The notes beneath the pieces are model-generated. The model worked only from the letters and a program-made list of their open reading frames with translations. It did no database searches and was not told the DNA's origin. Source: Escherichia coli (GTDB lineage: Bacteria > Pseudomonadota > Gammaproteobacteria > Enterobacterales > Enterobacteriaceae). Taken from it: a stretch of 2,312 bases of DNA. The translations under genes were made by a program, and so were the position numbers. Location: the NCBI RefSeq assembly GCF_044324785.1, contig NZ_CP172133.1. One strand, 5' to 3'. The first letter of the stretch is position 1. Every line of letters begins with the position of its first letter. This document shows, in pieces, positions 1 through 2,312 of the stretch.

Positions 1-44
1 CGTGTACAGGATACTCCTGTAACGTGTGGGCGGTATTCCCGTAA
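1..44. repeat. Two tandem 22-bp iteron-like direct repeats (1-22 cgtgtacaggatactcctgtaa; 23-44 cgtgtgggcggtattcccgtaa), upstream of the repL-like gene
   Basis: Head-to-tail 22-bp units with 15/22 identity to each other; unit 1 is 19/22 identical to the unit at 2291-2312. Each unit starts cgtgt and ends gtaa. No spacers, so not CRISPR. A 22-bp period is typical of plasmid iterons. Confidence 0.55.
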
Positions 45-52
45 TCTATATT

Positions 53-118
53 GAGTGACATTTTGTTTTTTGGGCATTATATTGTCTGTCACCTTTATAA
101 AGTGACAAAGGCGATAAA
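53..118 (+). promoter_or_regulatory. Putative promoter/operator region of the repL-like gene, with three GTGACA/TGTCAC hexamers (55-60, 87-92, 102-107) forming an inverted repeat around a palindromic cTTTATAAAg core, and a weak AAGG ribosome-binding site at 108-111
   Basis: Inverted hexamers tgtcac (87-92) and gtgaca (102-107) flank the palindrome ctttataaag (92-101), with another gtgaca at 55-60. Possible -35 TTGAGT (51-56) and -10 CATTAT (75-80). The promoter hexamers are weak and the assignment is tentative. Confidence 0.3.
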
Positions 119-616
119 ATGAACATTACTGAAAGAACGGATAGCAAGAAAAAAGTTTTAAGACAAAATATTACTGAGGTTATAGATAGAGAAACTGGAA
201 ACATAACACAAGAAATAACCGATATAACAGTTCAATTTCCACAAGAACCTGCGTATGTGAAAATTTATATTGATAATTTATGTGCTGTCACAAAAGCACC
301 TGATTCTCTAAAAGATGTTTTATTTTTAATTCTTAGGAAATTGGATTATGACGGATATATTGCATTATCAACTAGATACCGTAAGGAGATCTGTAAATTA
401 TTGGGAATAAAAGACGGAACATTACGTAACAGATTGTATTCATTATCAAAAATGGGGATTATTGCTAGTTGTGGCGGTAATGAATATCAGGCGAACCCTA
501 ATTTATTTGCTCGTGGTGAATGGAAAAAAATAATTGAACAGCGTCGCGAGTTTGAAATGAGAATTAAATATTCACCTAACGGTGAAACTATTATAACAAC
601 CGAAGAAATAAAATAA
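119..616 (+). CDS. Winged-helix DNA-binding protein, RepL-like plasmid replication initiator (165 aa)
   Basis: Intact ORF, ATG at 119 and TAA at 614-616. By-eye similarity to the staphylococcal pSN2 RepL family as I recall it: YVKIYIDNL resembles FVKAYIVQL, the central segment LSTRYRKEICKLLGIKDGTLRNRLYSLSKMGII resembles the RepL helix-turn-helix/wing, and NPNLFARGEW resembles NPELLMRGDD. Iteron-like repeats lie immediately upstream. Confidence 0.7.
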   Translation: MNITERTDSKKKVLRQNITEVIDRETGNITQEITDITVQFPQEPAYVKIYIDNLCAVTKAPDSLKDVLFLILRKLDYDGYIALSTRYRKEICKLLGIKDGTLRNRLYSLSKMGIIASCGGNEYQANPNLFARGEWKKIIEQRREFEMRIKYSPNGETIITTEEIK

Positions 617-625
617 TGTGCACCT

Positions 626-655
626 AAATAAGGTCTTTTTAAAAAGACCTTATTT
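626..655. terminator. Perfect 30-bp palindrome (aaataaggtcttttt|aaaaagaccttattt) between convergent genes; putative bidirectional terminator or protein-binding site
   Basis: Positions 626-640 are the exact reverse complement of 641-655. It lies between the repL-like stop (616) and the mobC-like stop (650-652). The stem is AT-rich with a GGTC/GACC core and has no clean downstream U-tract on either strand, so terminator function is uncertain. Confidence 0.35.
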
Positions 656-1075
656 GAATAAATCCGAACCTGGATATTTATTTTTATGTATCCTTTTTAT
701 TATTTTTATTTCATCCTTTATTAAATCCATTTCATTATATACATCAGAAATTCGCTTCGTTACTATTTTCATTTCATCGCAAAGTAAAATTATTTTATGC
801 ATCACCTCGAGGTACTCCTTATCCTTCGGCCGCTTTCCCTTATCAAATAATTTCTTCTGCATCCGACCAAGTCGGATTAATTCATCTAAATACCTGGAAG
901 GTACGCGCTGTTTTATTTCATTATTTAAACTTGCCGTCCTGATATATTCTGAAATTGTCAGTCCTTCGTTCTTCGCTCGCCGTCTGATTTCGCTTGCGAC
1001 TCTGTTATTTACTCTAAGGGTGATAACCTTAGTTCTCTGCCGTACTTCTGAACCACTACGTTTATTTTTAGCCAT
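650..1075 (-). CDS. Ribbon-helix-helix relaxosome accessory protein, MobC/MbeC-like (about 141 aa from the ATG at 1075; the ORF track extends to an upstream GTG at 1174)
   Basis: The N-terminal region has the hallmark basic stretch, beta-strand and helix: RQRTKVITLRVNNRVASEIRRRAKNEGLTISEYIRTASL, matching the KRxxxVxVRLTxEExxxLxxxAxxxGxSxSEYLR pattern of mobilization accessory proteins. I prefer the ATG at 1073-1075 because a GGAGAG Shine-Dalgarno sits about 10 nt upstream (minus-strand reading), whereas the 1174 start is GTG with no good ribosome-binding site. Stop TAA at 650-652. Confidence 0.7.
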   Translation of the reverse strand: MAKNKRSGSEVRQRTKVITLRVNNRVASEIRRRAKNEGLTISEYIRTASLNNEIKQRVPSRYLDELIRLGRMQKKLFDKGKRPKDKEYLEVMHKIILLCDEMKIVTKRISDVYNEMDLIKDEIKIIKRIHKNKYPGSDLFK

Positions 1076-1144
1076 CGCAATGACTCTCCATTTTGCACGT
1101 TTGGGGTGTCGGGGCTTGCCCTGACAGGAGGTATTCTCATGCAA

Positions 1145-1181
1145 GCGAATGTATTCGCGGTATGACGAATACACATCCTGT
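1145..1181. other. Candidate oriT: overlapping inverted repeats (gcgaat-gt-attcgc at 1145-1158; gtattcg-N8-cgaatac at 1151-1172) followed by cATCCTGt (1174-1181), which matches the MOBP-type nic consensus YATCCTG|Y
   Basis: Inverted repeat followed by a nic-like heptamer about 70-100 bp upstream of the preferred mobC-like start, which is the usual oriT placement. The heptamer alone would occur about once by chance in a sequence this size; the adjacent inverted repeats and the position are what make it a candidate. Confidence 0.3.
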
Positions 1182-1437
1182 CCAATTTTCCGCTACAACT
1201 TTTCGACGAAAATAAAATACCGCGTCGTAACTTGGTATTTCTGATACAAAAAAATGATGCTTCATTCAATATTATTTACACAGATTTTAAAATTATTGCT
1301 TGTTATTTAATAAATAACATCGAATTAATTGATGTCTTTGTTGTCTGTCGTTTGTGGATTATTAGAGTGATAAAGATTAGATCTTCCTCGTTATATAATC
1401 CATTGCCTGTTAATGATACGGAGTGAGTCCAAGGAAC

Positions 1438-1451
1438 AGGAAGCGGAAGAG
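1438..1451. repeat. 14-bp exact direct repeat aggaagcggaagag (second copy at 2133-2146)
   Basis: Exact match read directly from the sequence. The copy at 2133-2146 is part of the ColE1-like gcgaggaagcggaagag motif. Confidence 0.8.
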
Positions 1452-1509
1452 CAAGATAGTAGCATGTACATAAAATATAAATCCGTGAGTTATTGATATC
1501 GCGTTTATA

Positions 1510-1524
1510 TATTAAAAATATAAC
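1510..1524. repeat. 15-bp exact direct repeat atattaaaaatataa (second copy at 2231-2245)
   Basis: Exact match read directly from the sequence. Both copies are in AT-rich DNA adjacent to gatatc-containing sequence, one on each flank of the GC-rich block. Confidence 0.8.
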
Positions 1525-2082
1525 TTAACATTGCTCTTAATATTTATTTTGTCCTGGCAATGGGAGCATTAATCCCCGTGCAGTGCTCCGCCAGCTGCTG
1601 ACAACCTCGACATATAACCATCGATACGATAGAACATCAGGGCGCGTTTCCGGCAAGAACTAACCATGGGGATGGTTTGCGTGCCGACAAACGCCGGAAC
1701 GCGCCTCAAATCCACCAAGCCGCCACGGTTCCGGCAGCGCCTTGAGCGCAACCCGAAACCGTCTGGGGAGAACCCCAGACCCCCACCGCTGCAACATCAT
1801 CGGTCTACGACCACCTACCAACCGAGTGGCTACCTGTGCCGTGCAAACAGGCTTTGCAGGGGGCTGGCGCGGTTCCTGGCGACCTGAAAGCCCCTGGTTA
1901 GGGGTATCGGCGCGCCTGGCCTCCTGAAACCCTCTGTAAGCGTTTTTCGCGCCTTCCATGCCCTGACGGGCATTTAGACCCCGTTTCGTGCGTCTGGGAG
2001 GCTCTGAGCGCGTTTAACAGATGACCAGCGACTCGATCGCCTGAGATCAAATCGGGATCATCAACGATATGCGAGAGGTGAC

Positions 2083-2146
2083 ACCGCTCGCCGCAGCCCC
2101 AGCGACCGAGCCGCCAGGCTCGCGAGTGGGCGAGGAAGCGGAAGAG
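2083..2146 (+). other. Segment homologous to the conserved sequence just downstream of the ColE1/pMB1 origin (the region reported to hold primosome assembly sites)
   Basis: Window accgctcgccgcagcc-ccagcgaccgag-ccgccaggctcgcgagtgg-gcgaggaagcggaagag aligns with pUC19 accgctcgccgcagcc-gaacgaccgag-cgcagcgagtcagtga-gcgaggaagcggaagag from memory, in the same orientation and order relative to the cggttcctggc motif. Confidence 0.55.
2133..2146. repeat. Second copy of the 14-bp direct repeat aggaagcggaagag
   Basis: Exact match to 1438-1451. Embedded in a GGAAG triplet cluster (2134-2156). Confidence 0.8.
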
Positions 2147-2160
2147 AACCGGAAGCTACA

Positions 2161-2178
2161 TTGAGCACGCACGCTCAA
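2161..2178. repeat. Inverted repeat ttgagc-acgcac-gctcaa at the GC-rich/AT-rich boundary
   Basis: 6-bp arms are reverse complements with a 6-bp spacer, read directly from the sequence. Confidence 0.5.
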
Positions 2179-2230
2179 TATTAAAATTGTCACTTCGTAA
2201 ATAGAGATAATGCCTCGTGCTTATGGATAC

Positions 2231-2245
2231 ATATTAAAAATATAA
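2231..2245. repeat. Second copy of the 15-bp direct repeat atattaaaaatataa
   Basis: Exact match to 1510-1524. Confidence 0.8.
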
Positions 2246-2268
2246 GATATCCGAATTAGGCTACATAC

Positions 2269-2312
2269 GGGCTGATCGCCAATGTTGTAACGTGTAGAAG
2301 ATACACCTGTAA
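2269..2312. repeat. Iteron-like 22-bp unit (2291-2312 cgtgtagaagatacacctgtaa) preceded by a possible degenerate unit (2269-2290), continuing in phase with the units at 1-44 if the molecule is circular
   Basis: The 2291-2312 unit is 19/22 identical to 1-22. The window ends exactly at a unit boundary and starts exactly at the next. The 2269-2290 unit keeps only the terminal tgtaa and a few other positions. Confidence 0.5.

Larger units (their letters stand above)
1556..2160 (+). other. GC-rich, hairpin-dense non-coding block with ColE1/pMB1-type origin-proximal homology (putative RNA-primed origin region or remnant)
   Basis: Abrupt shift from AT-rich to GC-rich composition. Only short overlapping ORFs on both strands, with no ribosome-binding sites. 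Perfect hairpins at 1761-1780 (gtctgggg-agaa-ccccagac), 1662-1677 (aaccat-gggg-atggtt) and 1958-1973 (atgccc-tgac-gggcat), plus nested inverted repeats at 1641-1705. cggttcctggc (1870-1880) matches the pUC/pBR322 origin core as I recall it. Confidence 0.5.

Noticed and set aside
1-44. Possible CRISPR array (22-bp repeats)
   Set aside because: The repeats are directly tandem with no intervening spacers and are imperfect, which fits iterons rather than CRISPR.
618-1124. 168-aa plus-strand ORF
   Set aside because: It is antisense to the mobC-like gene, and its translation is low-complexity and hydrophobic (poly-F/I/L/S from AT-rich antisense codons). No ribosome-binding site or recognisable motif, so it is a mirror ORF of the real minus-strand gene.
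1009-1269. 86-aa minus-strand ORF overlapping the mobC-like 5' region
   Set aside because: It is out of frame with the mobC-like gene and covers the candidate oriT and promoter DNA. No recognisable motif or ribosome-binding site, so probably spurious.
1353-1361. DnaA-box-like tgtggatta (one mismatch to TGTGNATAA)
   Set aside because: A single one-mismatch 9-mer in AT-rich DNA, far from both the iterons and the ColE1-like origin motif, is not sufficient evidence of a DnaA site.
1232-1426. 64-aa plus-strand ORF in the AT-rich intergenic region
   Set aside because: Low-complexity I/L/V-rich translation from AT-rich DNA with no ribosome-binding site; more likely regulatory or non-coding DNA.
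1494-1525. Possible rightward promoter (TTGATA ... TATAAC) feeding the GC-rich block
   Set aside because: The spacer is about 20 bp, so the hexamers are not properly spaced. It may still be relevant but cannot be supported from sequence alone.
1569-1959. Four overlapping 60-99-aa ORFs on both strands in the GC-rich block
   Set aside because: They overlap each other on opposite strands, are R/P/G-rich as expected from GC-rich non-coding DNA, and lack ribosome-binding sites. The region is better explained as structured origin DNA or RNA.
1958-1973. gccctgacgggc 12-mer identical to a sequence in the pBR322 bom/oriT region
   Set aside because: It is a short GC-rich hairpin that could match by chance. 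It lies on the opposite side of the primosome-assembly-like block compared with pBR322, and none of the surrounding bom sequence is present.

Overview
This 2,312-bp window looks like a complete, circularly permuted small cryptic plasmid with a mosaic structure; no complete novel multi-gene system is supported, but several features deserve a second look. The window begins and ends with the same 22-bp iteron-like repeat in exact 22-bp phase across the junction. The AT-rich part (about 1-1560) carries two convergent genes separated by a perfect 30-bp palindrome: a 165-aa winged-helix protein that I recognise from memory as RepL-like (Firmicute plasmid replication protein family), and on the minus strand a ribbon-helix-helix relaxosome accessory protein (MobC/MbeC-like). 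No relaxase gene is present. The GC-rich part (about 1556-2160) is hairpin-dense and non-coding, and contains segments that closely match, from memory, the origin-proximal sequence of ColE1/pMB1 plasmids. Short exact direct repeats (14 bp and 15 bp) sit on both flanks of the GC-rich block. All homology statements are from recall and by-eye alignment, not from a database search.
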